From Octopus bimaculoides (Eukaryota): 50,647 nt of DNA. Position numbers and translations under genes: made by a program. Each line of letters begins with the position of its first letter. The first letter of the stretch is position 1. Location: contig NC_068987.1 of NCBI RefSeq assembly GCF_001194135.2, forward strand, positions 95,225,916 to 95,276,562, written 5' to 3'. Shown here piece after piece: positions 36,495-48,139 of the stretch. Under the pieces are notes generated by a model, which was not told the origin of the DNA, made no database searches, and saw only the letters and a program-made list of their open reading frames with translations.

Positions 36495-37044
36495 NNNNNN
36501 NNNNNNNNNNNNNNNNNNNNNNNNNNNNNNNNNNNNNNNNNNNNNNNNNNNNNNNNNNNNNNNNNNNNNNNNNNNNNNNNNNNNNNNNNNNNNNNNNNNN
36601 NNNNNNNNNNNNNNNNNNNNNNNNNNNNNNNNNNNNNNNNNNNNNNNNNNNNNNNNNNNNNNNNNNNNNNNNNNNNNNNNNNNNNNNNNNNNNNNNNNNN
36701 NNNNNNNNNNNNNNNNNNNNNNNNNNNNNNNNNNNNNNNNNNNNNNNNNNNNNNNNNNNNNNNNNNNNNNNNNNNNNNNNNNNNNNNNNNNNNNNNNNNN
36801 NNNNNNNNNNNNNNNNNNNNNNNNNNNNNNNNNNNNNNNNNNNNNNNNNNNNNNNNNNNNNNNNNNNNNNNNNNNNNNNNNNNNNNNNNNNNNNNNNNNN
36901 NNNNNNNNNNNNNNNNNNNNNNNNNNNNNNNNNNNNNNNNNNNNNNNNNNNNNNNNNNNNNNNNNNNNNNNNNNNNNNNNNNNNNNNNNNNNNNNNNNNN
37001 NNNNNNNNNNNNNNNNNNNNNNNNNNNNNNNNNNNNNNNNNNNN
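36495..37044. other. Assembly gap (largest of nine N runs)
   Basis: N runs at 11236-11274, 15130-15387, 20111-20120, 20622-20866, 30080-30119, 36495-37044, 43861-44217, 45607-45804 and 48032-48136, almost all bordered by microsatellites. Confidence 0.99.
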
Positions 37045-37074
37045 ACATACATATATATATATATATGTGTGTGT

Positions 37075-37077
37075 GTG

Positions 37078-37109
<32 letters not shown>

Positions 37110-37316
37110 TGTATGTATGTATGTATGTATGTATGTAGGCATGTGTTCCTGTATCTATGTAAAAATTATAATAGGCTTGCAGACAAGCGAGATTGAAATA
37201 ATGTTCCTAGAACCGCACAAACACAGAAAGATTTGTATTCACCTAGAGGTTGTGTTTGTTATTGCATGCATTTATGCACATCCACATGCACACGCACACA
37301 CATCTAATTCTCTACA

Positions 37317-37372
<56 letters not shown>
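37075..37372. repeat. (ATGT)n and (TA)n microsatellites
   Basis: ATGT tract at about 37075-37137; TA tract at about 37320-37372. Confidence 0.9.
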
Positions 37373-37375
<3 letters not shown>

Positions 37376-38049
37376 TCATACACACAGAGTTATATATGCA
37401 CAAAGACACATATCACGTACATATATTTGCGTATGTTTGCATTTTTTGTTCTGTTCAGTTTTCTTGAATATATTTTTGATTAAGAATATATAAGCAGCAG
37501 GAATACATGTATATATATGAACCCTGTGTATATACATTAAGAAATTGCGTATCTTGCGTAACTAGCTTATGTCTTTTGGGGTATAACTAATTCCAGACAA
37601 GTGTATTTAAAATCAGATTCAGAGAAACATACTTCTGCAGAAAAGTGTATACGTGCATGCATACATGCATACATACTTATATTACAGATTACATAGAGAC
37701 ACACACACCACACCACACACACACACATACACACACACACACACACACAACACACACACACACACACACGCAGAGTCACAACCAAACACAAACGCACACA
37801 ATCACATACAAACACAAACGCACACATTAGTAGCAGAAATTAATATTTTGCAAGGATAAATATGGTTCTATTGGAGCAGAGAGAGCTCCATAGAAGTTTT
37901 CAGCGTTAATTTTATGATTTATTTGGCCAAGAGAAAACAGTTTAGGTTACATTTCTCATCTGCATTGTGAAGATCAAGGAATATCATCATATTCAATAGA
38001 GATTTGCTTAATATCTCACTTTACTGTAAACATTGTTGATTACCGGAAT

Positions 38050-38695
38050 TGTGTTCCAGTTCATACAGCACTGCTACCCTGCTTTCTATTCCAGGCCGAC
38101 TAAAAGATGCGTAGATCTCAAAATCCTCGGAAGTGGGAGATCAGAAATCTTGGTTTCGCTGACAGCTGTCTCATCCATAGCTTGTAACCTGAGATCGTTG
38201 AACGGGTGACCTTACATCCAAGGAGGAACCCAGCCCACGAACATTTAGACAACCTACCCTTCAACCCACCATGATGACAGGACAGTTTGGAGAAGAAACA
38301 AAGGGTCTCTACTTAACCATCAGATTGGTTCAACGTCTGTAACTTATTTGGGTTCCTCTGGGAGCCCCTTTAAAGATTACTCGTAGATTTTACATTAGGG
38401 GTTTTCCATGTCTTTAGGGAAGCTCTCCTTAATGTTTTTATGCCACTACAAGCATTCGTATTATACGCATTGTTTCTGGCAGTTGAAAATTGCTAGTGCC
38501 GAACGTCACCGACGGCCTTTCTTCTTACTATGCGGGCCATCAATTATTTGTAGGCCTTCCTCACAAGAACCAAGTTTGGTGTTTGCTTCCTTGTCGCCTT
38601 TCGGGATGTTTTCTTCATTACTACCAAAAATCCCTGCCAGGCCAGGGATTTCTGGTAGTAATGAGACAGGCCAGGGATTTCTGGGAGGCTCGTAG
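38050..38695 (-). mobile_element. L1/Tx1-like LINE copy B: ORF1 C-terminus plus start of the APE endonuclease
   Basis: RVGCLNVRGLG...SETKISD...EDFEIYASFSRPGIESRVAVL. Nucleotide homology of 38090-38210 to 40235-40345 and of 38365-38395 to 40515-40545. Confidence 0.75.
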
Positions 38696-41600
38696 GAACT
38701 CCGGAAAAGACCAGTTAATTGATCCCTCCCGACACCCAGATTTTCCCCGAGGACGTTGTTGCTCTTGCTCGCCATTAATCCCCTATAGAACTCCATAGTG
38801 GAACTTCCACCGAGCGTATTGGCCGACTGGCAGATAACTGTGAGTGCTTGTCGACATTCCAAGCACCCTTTCTTAATGTAAGCTTGATTCGGCTCTGAGA
38901 CTCTGTCAATGAGACGATCTGCGGAAAATTCTGCCTGACAAACGACGACCACACCTGCTTAGGGTTAAGGAAACGCTGGAGATGTCGCTACTTCAGCGCG
39001 TGACTGCGCATCATTAGCCACGGCATGCCCAGTCCCCCATACAGCGGCTGTTGACAGCAGATGGACCGTCTGACAAGCGGAACACGTCCCCTCCATAGAA
39101 AGCAAAAGAGCAAGTGTTACAGCTTGGTCAGGCACGAAGCAGGACAAGGGACGACGGTCAGGCTGTAGTAGATGACGGAAGCGATGTATGCATTGGCCAC
39201 ACCCACCCGACCCTTCAGGGACAGCTACCGCTTTGCCCATTTCTGACTGAGACTGGCCACCCTATTCGTTACCTCCCACCAGTTCTTGTCTACCTGGAGG
39301 TCTGGATCAAACGAGTCGCCGAGCAATATAACGGGTCCTTCCGTCCAGTGCCCTACAACGCTGTTGGTTGGCATGGACCTATCTCTCTAGTTGCCGAGTA
39401 GCAGGCCTACCGGCTTCTCCGGATTAATCGTCGACCCTGTCAAAAGCTTTTGATTGATCCAAATTGATCAGAGCCTCACCCATGCCAGGCCTAAAATTAT
39501 CTAATTATTCCCTCTTGTTCGGGTCCTCTCTCACATGCTACATCACACCACTGAGTATTCTCCCGTTCTGCTTCCAGTTGTGGCAGACATCCGCTAAGAG
39601 ATCACCGAACATGTTTGGCATTTGAAGATAAAGCTCAAAGGGCAGACCATCCATCCTCAGAGACGTCTACCTTGTACAACTTGCCATCGCACCCCGTATG
39701 CTGTTATCGGCATATTTCGCAGAACACTCTATCCTTGGCCGAAAGGCAAAGTATGTTGTCGAGGTAGAAAGTGAAATCCACTTCCATCCCCGACACACCA
39801 CGCGCTCCGACAACTGAATGTCGCTGAATGTCCATACACATCTGCTTGGATTCGTGTAGCATACGCCCATCCTGGCCCATCAAAGACCGAATTGTGGCTT
39901 TGTTGCCACGTTGCACCTTTGCCACCCGGGCCCATTGAACGGCTTTCATTCCCTCGTCTCTGAGAACACGCGCCCTAATTCTGACAATGCAACCTTTGTG
40001 CTCGGCATTGAAGAATTGATCAAAAGCCAATCTCGCCGCCATCACGTCAGTCGCACTGCCTCTCCTAAGCGCCTCATCTAGCTTCTTAACTAGTTCTCCT
40101 TCTATCTTAGATTCCTCTATGGCTATTCCCATAATAAAACCAACTACCTCTACTTTAATAGCCCCTTTCAGGGCTATCCACCAACGGTTGTTGACGACTG
40201 CGCCCAACAACTTACGAAGGACTAACTCGGCTCCCATTCCAGGCCGACTAAGAGATGTGTAGATCTCAAAATCGTCGGAAATTGGGGCCAAGTTGCATGT
40301 ATCGGAAACCCTGGTTTCGCTGAAGGTTGTCACATCCATGTATAGTGACCTGATGTCGTGAAACAGGCGCCCCTACTTCCAGGCCACGAGCATTTATACA
40401 GCCCACTCCAATCAATCCTATGCCGCCCAGAAAAAGCCACGGGAAAGAAAAGAGCGAGGTTACTTACCCAGCCGGTGCTCTTGCCGGCCGGATGGCCTTA
40501 CCTCGGGATCTGGTTGGAGTTTCTCTGGGAACTCCTTTAAAATTCTTTTGGAGGCTGTTATAGTGTGGTCTTTCACGACGTGAGGAAAACCTCGTGAATG
40601 TTTTCGTACGTTGATAGTGGCATACGCACTAAGAACAGCTCTTCCAGCACTTAAAGGGCGTCGGTGTCATGCATTGCGTCCTCTCTCTCAATCTCTTTAT
40701 TTCGAGCTATGGAGGGCCATGAGATCTTTATTTGCACTCCTCACTAGCACTAAATTCGGGCTCTGAGAATTTAACAGTACTTCCGAGAGCTTTGTTTTGG
40801 GTGCGAGGGGTGCTGGTGGGGATAACTTTTGTTCTGTTAACGATTGTTGAACTGGAAGGATCGTTACTCGTGTGACGGTACTTTTTGTGTTGTCGGATGT
40901 TTGTGTTGGTGTGAATACAGATGTTTTTCTCCTGTGTTTTTTTTATTCCCCTTCATCTTCGTTTAGGGATGTGTAGGAATTGGAGTCTGTGTAATCCGTC
41001 CCCGATAAGGATGTGTGCTTGTGCGGGTGTCTATGTATAATCGTGTGTTTGAGAGAGAGGAAGAAGGGGAGCTGGATTGAGGAGAACCTTGGGTGGTCCT
41101 CTCTGCTAAAGTGCTAGTCTATTTCGATGGTTGCGGTACTGGTGGAGCTGTTGGGGCTGTTGTTATTGCTGCTACTTCTGTTTCTGATGCTAGCATTTTT
41201 TCTGTTACTGTTGGTTCTTCCGCCTCAGATGGAGACGCCGCTGAGGTTTTTCCATAAGATGCTGATGTCGCATCATTCTTTTTTTATTCTCTTGTAGATG
41301 TTGTTGTCTTTGTGACAATGGTTGTAACATCGGTGATGAAGCCCTCTTCTCTCCTTTTTTGTTTTTGTTTTCTGAGCAGAACGCCCATAAATGATTTGTC
41401 ATTCTACAGCCATGGAATCTTGGACGTTTGCCCTCCACAATTACTCTCAAGTCAGTTCCGTTCGGCAGAGAGATAAGGTCAGTGGGATTCCTGTCCAGTT
41501 GTCCCACTTTGATTTCTTCGCCTCCGAGTAACTATCACTTACATTTTCATTGATTACCACTCACGCGAGGACCCACAACAGAACTAGGCGTGGTAGCACC

Positions 41601-41720
41601 CCTGTATGTAATCTTAATCACCATTCTTCCCATATACGTAGGGAAGGGCACGAATTCCTCGTTGCTGCAGCGCCGGCCACCGAGTATTAAATAAGAAGGT
41701 TCTTAGTTTTAAATAAAATT
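38696..41720 (-). mobile_element. L1/Tx1-like LINE copy A: ORF1 (CCHC) plus multiply deleted ORF2
   Basis: ORF1: FPTYMGR...LRVIVEGKRPRFHGCRMTNHLWAFC. ORF2: VGCINARGL...MDVTTFSETR, NNRWWIALK, DGLPFELY, NFRP, LINLDQSKAFDRVD, GHWTEGPVILLG, LSLKGRVGVANAYIASVIYY, GGLGMP, CRQAL...STMEFYRGL. Confidence 0.88.
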
Positions 41721-41744
41721 TCTACCCTGCCGAACTGCTTTGCT

Positions 41745-41850
41745 ATCGATATATAACCGATGTCCTGTCATTTATTCCCAAAGGCTCTGTCTGTCTGTCT
41801 GGGCGATTGATGCCATTTCTAGCCGTTCCGATTTACAGCTAATGTAGTGG
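41745..41850 (+). mobile_element. Possible Helitron-like non-autonomous 5' end
   Basis: ATCGATATATAACCGATGTCC...(TCTG)n...CTAGCCGTTCCGATTT resembles Helitron-N 5' termini. Confidence 0.3.
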
Positions 41851-42229
41851 TGTATTACTGTTCCCTTGCTGTGTTTACTAATGTGGGGGTTTTAATTCTA
41901 TGCTCCTCCCGTCAATTTTACGAGATTTAGCCATGTACGCTAATTTAGAGGCATTATCTTTCAGGAAGTTCTGTTATGGCGGCGGCGCCGGCGACAGAAG
42001 ACTTACTACTGATGCAGGTGGGAGGTTATAGACACTTGTACTGTTGCTACCATCACCAATATCAGCGCTATCGTTATCCCCGCCGCCACCCACTGAGTTG
42101 TTGTTACTGCTACCGTCGATGCTATACTTGACGCCCTTGTTGTCTCTACTGCCACTATCACCATTCCTTTTGTCACTTGTACTGCCACCATTTTTGCAAC
42201 AGCCTTTATTGTTGTCATAAACATTCTTT

Positions 42230-42352
42230 CTCTAACCGAAACGATGAAAGGCAGAGTCGACCTCCGCGGTATTGGAACTCAGAACCTAACGACAAACGAA
42301 ATGCCTCAAAACGTTTAGCGCGGCGTGCTAACCTTCCTGCCAGCTCACCCCT
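42230..42352 (-). mobile_element. SINE family B 5' half
   Basis: Reverse complement GAGCTGGCAGGAAGGTTAGCACGCCGCGC...GTTCTGAGTTCCAATACCGCGGAGGTCGACTCTGCCTTTCATCG. Confidence 0.8.
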
Positions 42353-42360
42353 TTTTATAA

Positions 42361-42365
42361 TGATG

Positions 42366-42441
<76 letters not shown>
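42361..42441. repeat. (ATA)n microsatellite
   Basis: Seen directly. Confidence 0.95.
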
Positions 42442-42589
42442 TAACATCGGTGATGAAGCCCTCCGCTCTCCGTTTTTGTTTTCAGGGCAGAACGCCCATA
42501 AATGCTGTTGCTGCAACCACTGCCACTACTACACATAAAAACAATAATACCAGTGATATCAGTGATGATAATAATAATAATTATTATGA

Positions 42590-43450
42590 AAGGAAACGAG
42601 TGGAGTCTCCTTATGGGCTAATAATGATAGATCTAGTGATGGTGTCACAATAAAAGCACTGGTAATTGCGCAAGCTGATAATCATATGAGTGACCATAAA
42701 AAAACAAAATATTGTGAATAAGGGTGGTAATGAAACTGAAGCCAATGATGGTGATAGTGTTACACCCGGTAGGCTGAGAGATTCTGGTCCGGCTCCAGCA
42801 TGTCGGTATCCAGAAAGGGACCACCACACACGGCGTAGATGGAGCAAACAAATTAATACTGTGGTCCATGGAGTGTTACTAACTGAGCAACCCGGTAGAT
42901 GAAAATTGTGCTCACATTAGGGGTTACCGACAACGTATGTATGATCAATGGAGGGAAAAGGGATTGTTTCAACTCACGGAACAGAGACTATGTGATCAAG
43001 CTAGTGCAATAAGAAAAAAATGTTGGTTCACAGAAGTAGAGCTTAAAGCTATCAAAATACAGGTCATGAAAAATAGCAGCAGAGATAAGAATGAAAATAT
43101 ACTTCTTACTAATAAAAGTAATCTGATAGCCGAGGAAAAGAGCAGTGGTAGTTTACTTGATGAGAGCCATATAGATGATCTAAAGAAGACAATAAAACTA
43201 ACAGCGACATGACAGATGAACAAAAGGCAATCTACGATAGAATAAAGGTAAGACCACAGGAGAACGATAGTGACATTATTTGTAACCTTTAAAAAGGTTG
43301 ATCGATGGAAATTGAACCAAGAAACGAAAAATGTCAATGAAATTCTGAAATACATCAGAACAAACAACATCACAGAAACAAATAATTTGATCAAGGCAGC
43401 AAGTATTGTTGTAGCAGAAAATGTGGGAGTTGATGTCAAGAAAAAGTAAC
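42590..43450 (+). mobile_element. R4/Dong-like element 5' end (5' UTR plus N-terminal ORF)
   Basis: RRRWSKQINTVV...RGYRQRMYDQWREKGLFQLTEQRLCDQASAIRKKCWFTEVEL...ETKNVNEILKYIRTNNITETNNLIKAASIVVAENVG. Starts directly after a TAA-rich tract. Confidence 0.85.
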
Positions 43451-43783
43451 ATAACAGTCAAGAGGATGCGCACCAGTTTTCTTTTTTTTTTAACATCCGC
43501 GGTATTGTGCAGTGAGAATTCGTCTAGCAGACCGTCAGTTGATTGTTTTACTGCGAAGTTTTGAAGAGTTCCATGTAGGACATTCGTCGACAACGATCGG
43601 ATCTGTGGATCCCGAAGAATTGGATTCTTCACGACGACATTGCACCCTGGCACCGAGTTCCCCTCACTCGTGAGTTTCTTGCCAAAAGCAGCATGGTATC
43701 GCTTCCGTAATCGCCCTATTTACCAGATTTAACACCTGTAGACTTCCATCTATTAGCACCTTGTATATGTGTATGTATGCATA

Positions 43784-43860
43784 GGCGCAGATATGTCTGC
43801 GTGGTAAGACACGAGACGCAGACTTGGTGGTTTGGTAAGAAGCTTGCATCCCAGCCATAC
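43784..43860 (+). mobile_element. SINE family A head (duplicated), running into an N gap
   Basis: GGCGCAGATATGTCTGCGTGGTAAGA, then AGACGCAGACTTGGTGGTTTGGTAAGAAGCTTGCATCCCAGCCA. Confidence 0.7.
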
Positions 43861-44244
43861 NNNNNNNNNNNNNNNNNNNNNNNNNNNNNNNNNNNNNNNN
43901 NNNNNNNNNNNNNNNNNNNNNNNNNNNNNNNNNNNNNNNNNNNNNNNNNNNNNNNNNNNNNNNNNNNNNNNNNNNNNNNNNNNNNNNNNNNNNNNNNNNN
44001 NNNNNNNNNNNNNNNNNNNNNNNNNNNNNNNNNNNNNNNNNNNNNNNNNNNNNNNNNNNNNNNNNNNNNNNNNNNNNNNNNNNNNNNNNNNNNNNNNNNN
44101 NNNNNNNNNNNNNNNNNNNNNNNNNNNNNNNNNNNNNNNNNNNNNNNNNNNNNNNNNNNNNNNNNNNNNNNNNNNNNNNNNNNNNNNNNNNNNNNNNNNN
44201 NNNNNNNNNNNNNNNNNATATATATATATATATACACATATATA

Positions 44245-44478
44245 TTTTTTATGTTTTCAGCTCAGAGCTGTGGCCATGCTGGAGCTTTTGCTACACTTAT
44301 TATTGAGAGCCTCCTCTAATATGTGGCATTTGGTGAATAAAGGAGTTTGACGTTGTTACTCTTATTTGCACCTCCTGCCGCGAGGTATGGTCATCTGCGA
44401 CTCTCGATAGGAAGGAGTCCAGTTTTGATTTGAAAACACCTACATCCACTGTGTAGGTTCCTCGGGCTCTTTGGCCGG
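44245..44478 (-). mobile_element. CR1-type LINE 3' end
   Basis: VDVGVFKSKLDSFLSRVADDHTSRQEVQIRVTTSNSFIHQ (CR1 ORF2 C-terminus), then a short 3' UTR ending GCTCCAGCATGGCCACAGCTCTGAGCTGAAAAC. Confidence 0.8.
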
Positions 44479-44504
44479 ATATATATATACACATATTTAA
44501 TATT

Positions 44505-44716
44505 AGTTTCAAATTTTGGCACCAAGCCATTAAGTTCGGTGGGGGGATTAAGTAGATTACACCGACGCCAGTGTTCAACTTGTACTTATTTTATCGAACC
44601 CCAAAAGAATTAAAGGCAAATTCGACCGCATCAGAATTTGAACTCAGAAAGTAAGAGTGGACAAATGCCGGTAATCATTTTGCCCAGCGTGCAAACAATT
44701 CTGCCTGCCCGCCATC
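44505..44716 (-). mobile_element. SINE family B, full-length copy
   Basis: Reverse complement GGCAGAATTGTTTGCACGCTGGGCAAAATG...TTCTGAGTTCAAATTCTGATGCGGTCGAATTTGCCTTTAATTCTTTTGGGGTTCGATAAAATAAGTACAAG. Confidence 0.8.
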
Positions 44717-45534
44717 TTATGTTCATTTATAATATTCACTTTTAATATACACTCTCAACTTTATTAGGTTTTAATTACACCATCAACCCAAGTAACCTGT
44801 AATTATAAAATATTATTTCTTTCTTATTGACTAGGAATGATAATATTTTATTAATTTATTATTTTTATTACGGTTTATCATCTTTCTATACATCTTTATA
44901 TATCATACGATTCTTATAATATTTGCTAGATTGGTTGTAAGCGACAATTGACCCTTTTAACTAAGTCAGGCCGAAAACCCTCACACGCACTCTTTCTTTT
45001 ATCTTTTTTTCTTCTTGTTTTCTTCTTGATTTCTTTTCTTTAAATTCCTTTTGTTTGATCTGCCATCATTATTGATTTTTAAAGATTTAACCACCTCCTT
45101 TAATTCATTTAGGACTATATATTGATTCTGAACCTCCAATTATTACTTTTTATAATTTCCAACCGACAACTGCCGAGCAGAACAAAATAATTAAAGGGGC
45201 CAGCCACACTTCTAACCTTCTAATTATTTGATTTACTAATTTAATGTTTTCTCGGTGATGTCACCTTATATTTTGCGTACATCTCAGACGATTTTCTTCC
45301 CTATTATACGTTTATAGACTCTTCGCAATGTATTCTTATCGAAAATATATGCTTTCAAAAGCCCTTTGTGTTGCTTCTTTTTTTTACTTATGTCTGTCCA
45401 CAGGAGTTTCATTCACATGATATCCACGAAGAAGTAATTGGTGGGATGAACAGGAGAAAAGCTTCATGTAATGCACACGGTGTCATTTTTCAGAAAAGAG
45501 TACACAGTAACAAGGAAGTAGCACTATAAGAACA

Positions 45535-45536
<2 letters not shown>

Positions 45537-45606
<70 letters not shown>
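45537..45606. repeat. (GT)n microsatellite before an N gap
   Basis: Seen directly. Confidence 0.95.
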
Positions 45607-47624
45607 NNNNNNNNNNNNNNNNNNNNNNNNNNNNNNNNNNNNNNNNNNNNNNNNNNNNNNNNNNNNNNNNNNNNNNNNNNNNNNNNNNNNNNNNNNNNNN
45701 NNNNNNNNNNNNNNNNNNNNNNNNNNNNNNNNNNNNNNNNNNNNNNNNNNNNNNNNNNNNNNNNNNNNNNNNNNNNNNNNNNNNNNNNNNNNNNNNNNNN
45801 NNNNTGTAAATAGGTGGTTTGTATGTGCGTGTGTGTGCATTTGCATACCAGAATATATTTCTCATATAACCGTTTTCAATCTGATCTCTAAAATTTGTCA
45901 GCAGAAAGGAATATTGTTTGTCCGATATCTCTCTCCAGCTGTTCCCATTTCTCTCTCTCTCTCTCATTCTCTCATTAATCTCTAGGTTCGGTTGTCTAAA
46001 TTTACTCTTTAATTTCGATGATTATAATCAGCGCTTACAAACATATCAATAAACAGTTTTGCATATGGAATATGGTTGTGTAAATGAGGATATGACATGC
46101 TGCAGGACAGGAAACCATAGATATCTGGTTCGTGTCACTCTGAGATCATATCATTTTCGCTTCCTATTGATTTTTCATACATAAACGTGTGTGTGTGTGT
46201 GAGTGTGTGTGCGCGTGTGTGTGTATACTTTTATAATAACTTGTTGATAATGTTTCGCTATAAGTAGAATTTCTTGGATTTAAAGTCTAACTAATATTTA
46301 TGAAAATATTCAGCAGATTATTTTATTCGATGTGAGTGGAAACGCTTCTATTCGATCTGAGATTTTGGTCGTTGAGCTTTAATGATACTTTGGTTAACGT
46401 AGATAAAGCTGGTACAAACAGAATGTAAGTTAGAGAAAATAAGCGGAGATGTTTGTGTTTCTATGGCACACACGTAATGATGTGATACTGGTTACTTCGC
46501 TGTTAAAAATAATTTCCATGTTTTTGCAAGTTGTATTTATTAAACCGTTTGTATATCGATTTTTTGATTCGACAGTAATCCCTTCCCAGGACTTTATTTC
46601 TGTAGAGGCAATTTAAATTTAAATTTATAATCAACGTAATGTTTAAAGATATTTTTAAAAAATAATAAAACACCGTTTCCAAAGGAATTACAAATTGTTC
46701 TTGATATCTTATCTTGAATGTTTGAAACATCTGTGCTTGGAAATGTATTACAGCTCTAAAGGTCAGTGATTTAATCTCAAGAGATACACTTCTTAATTCT
46801 CCTCGCCTCATTTTCTGTTTATCGAGCTGGAAAATAAGGACCCACTGCACAGAAAAAAATATATGTGTAGACTAAAGAGGGAAATGTTTTGATTTCGCTC
46901 ACTTAAACCTGTAGAAATTAGAGATAAATTACTTCACATAAAATTCGTTTTGATCTGGTTATCGCGCTTTAATGACAGAAACTGTAAATAAACCAGATGT
47001 GCTACAATTTTTTAGAACTCAGTTGAACATCTAAGCATGGTTTTGTTATTGTGTCAAAGGATGAAGTAATGCTCTTGGAAATATTTCTGTAATATTTCTT
47101 TTGAAATATTATCCCCATGAGGAAGCATAGCGTTTAAAAAAATAAATAAACCATAAAACATAGACAAGACTAATTAAATAGTTACAGACTAAAAAAATTG
47201 TTCCTGAAATAAAAACATAGGTTTCTCTTCATATTTCTTTAATCGATTCTGTTTATTCTCAAATGGTTTGAAATGCTGTTTATTTAACTTTAAGGGACAC
47301 CCCGCGATTTCTACAAATGACAACTACGAAATAGAAAGCTCCGAAATGTTGTGGTAAATTAAATAATTTTCACACATGTTAAAAAGATAAAAATATCAAA
47401 TGTGTTGCGGAGGAAAATAATTTAAGAAACATACCATTTGATTGTTTAACAACAATTAATTACAAAGAAATAAGAAAATCTCTAGACATGTGAAATTGCG
47501 AGGAAAGAAAATAATAGAACAAATATGATAATTTCTAAAGAATAACAACATAAATAAGTAAAATTTAGGAAGTTAAAGCAGAAATATTAGCACATATTTT
47601 ATTGATTTTGAATAACCGATTATG

Positions 47625-47855
47625 TGAACATTGTTCGAAAATAATTGTTCGAGAACAATTATTCGAAAAACATTTATTCGAATGGAAAATTATATGAATG
47701 AAAATTATTTAAAAGGACAATAACACGAATGTTAATTATTCTAAATTTTTTAAATTTTATTTAAACAAAAATGATAAAATTAAAAATCAAGTACACAAAT
47801 GATATTTATTTCGAATAACTGTTTTTCGAATAATTGTTTTCGAATAATTTTCATG
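47625..47855. repeat. Fold-back (MITE-like) element with tandem TTCGAA-centred subrepeats
   Basis: Left arm repeats A(A/T)TT(A/G)TTCGA(A/G) about 4 times (47628-47682). Right arm repeats TTCGAATAA(C/T)TG about 3 times (47809-47850), the reverse complement of the left unit AACAATTATTCGAA. Confidence 0.6.
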
Positions 47856-47976
47856 ATACAGAATAAGCGATGTTAATTTGTTTTCTTCTGTAAAGTATAC
47901 AGAAAGTATACAGAAATAAAACTTTGCGAAGGAAGCGAGAGCATATAGACATATGTATGTACGAGACTATAGTATG

Positions 47977-47977
<1 letters not shown>

Positions 47978-48031
<54 letters not shown>
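47978..48031. repeat. (CT)n microsatellite before an N gap
   Basis: Seen directly. Confidence 0.95.
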
Positions 48032-48139
48032 NNNNNNNNNNNNNNNNNNNNNNNNNNNNNNNNNNNNNNNNNNNNNNNNNNNNNNNNNNNNNNNNNNNNN
48101 NNNNNNNNNNNNNNNNNNNNNNNNNNNNNNNNNNNNAGA

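Noticed and set aside
43460-43760. Minus-strand segment interrupting the Dong 5' fragment, considered as an integrase-derived (KRBA2/GIN-like) remnant
   Set aside because: No diagnostic motif could be aligned by eye; left unassigned.
47289-47310. TTAAGGGACACCCC as a Kolobok/piggyBac-type terminus
   Set aside because: No matching inverted end found in the window.
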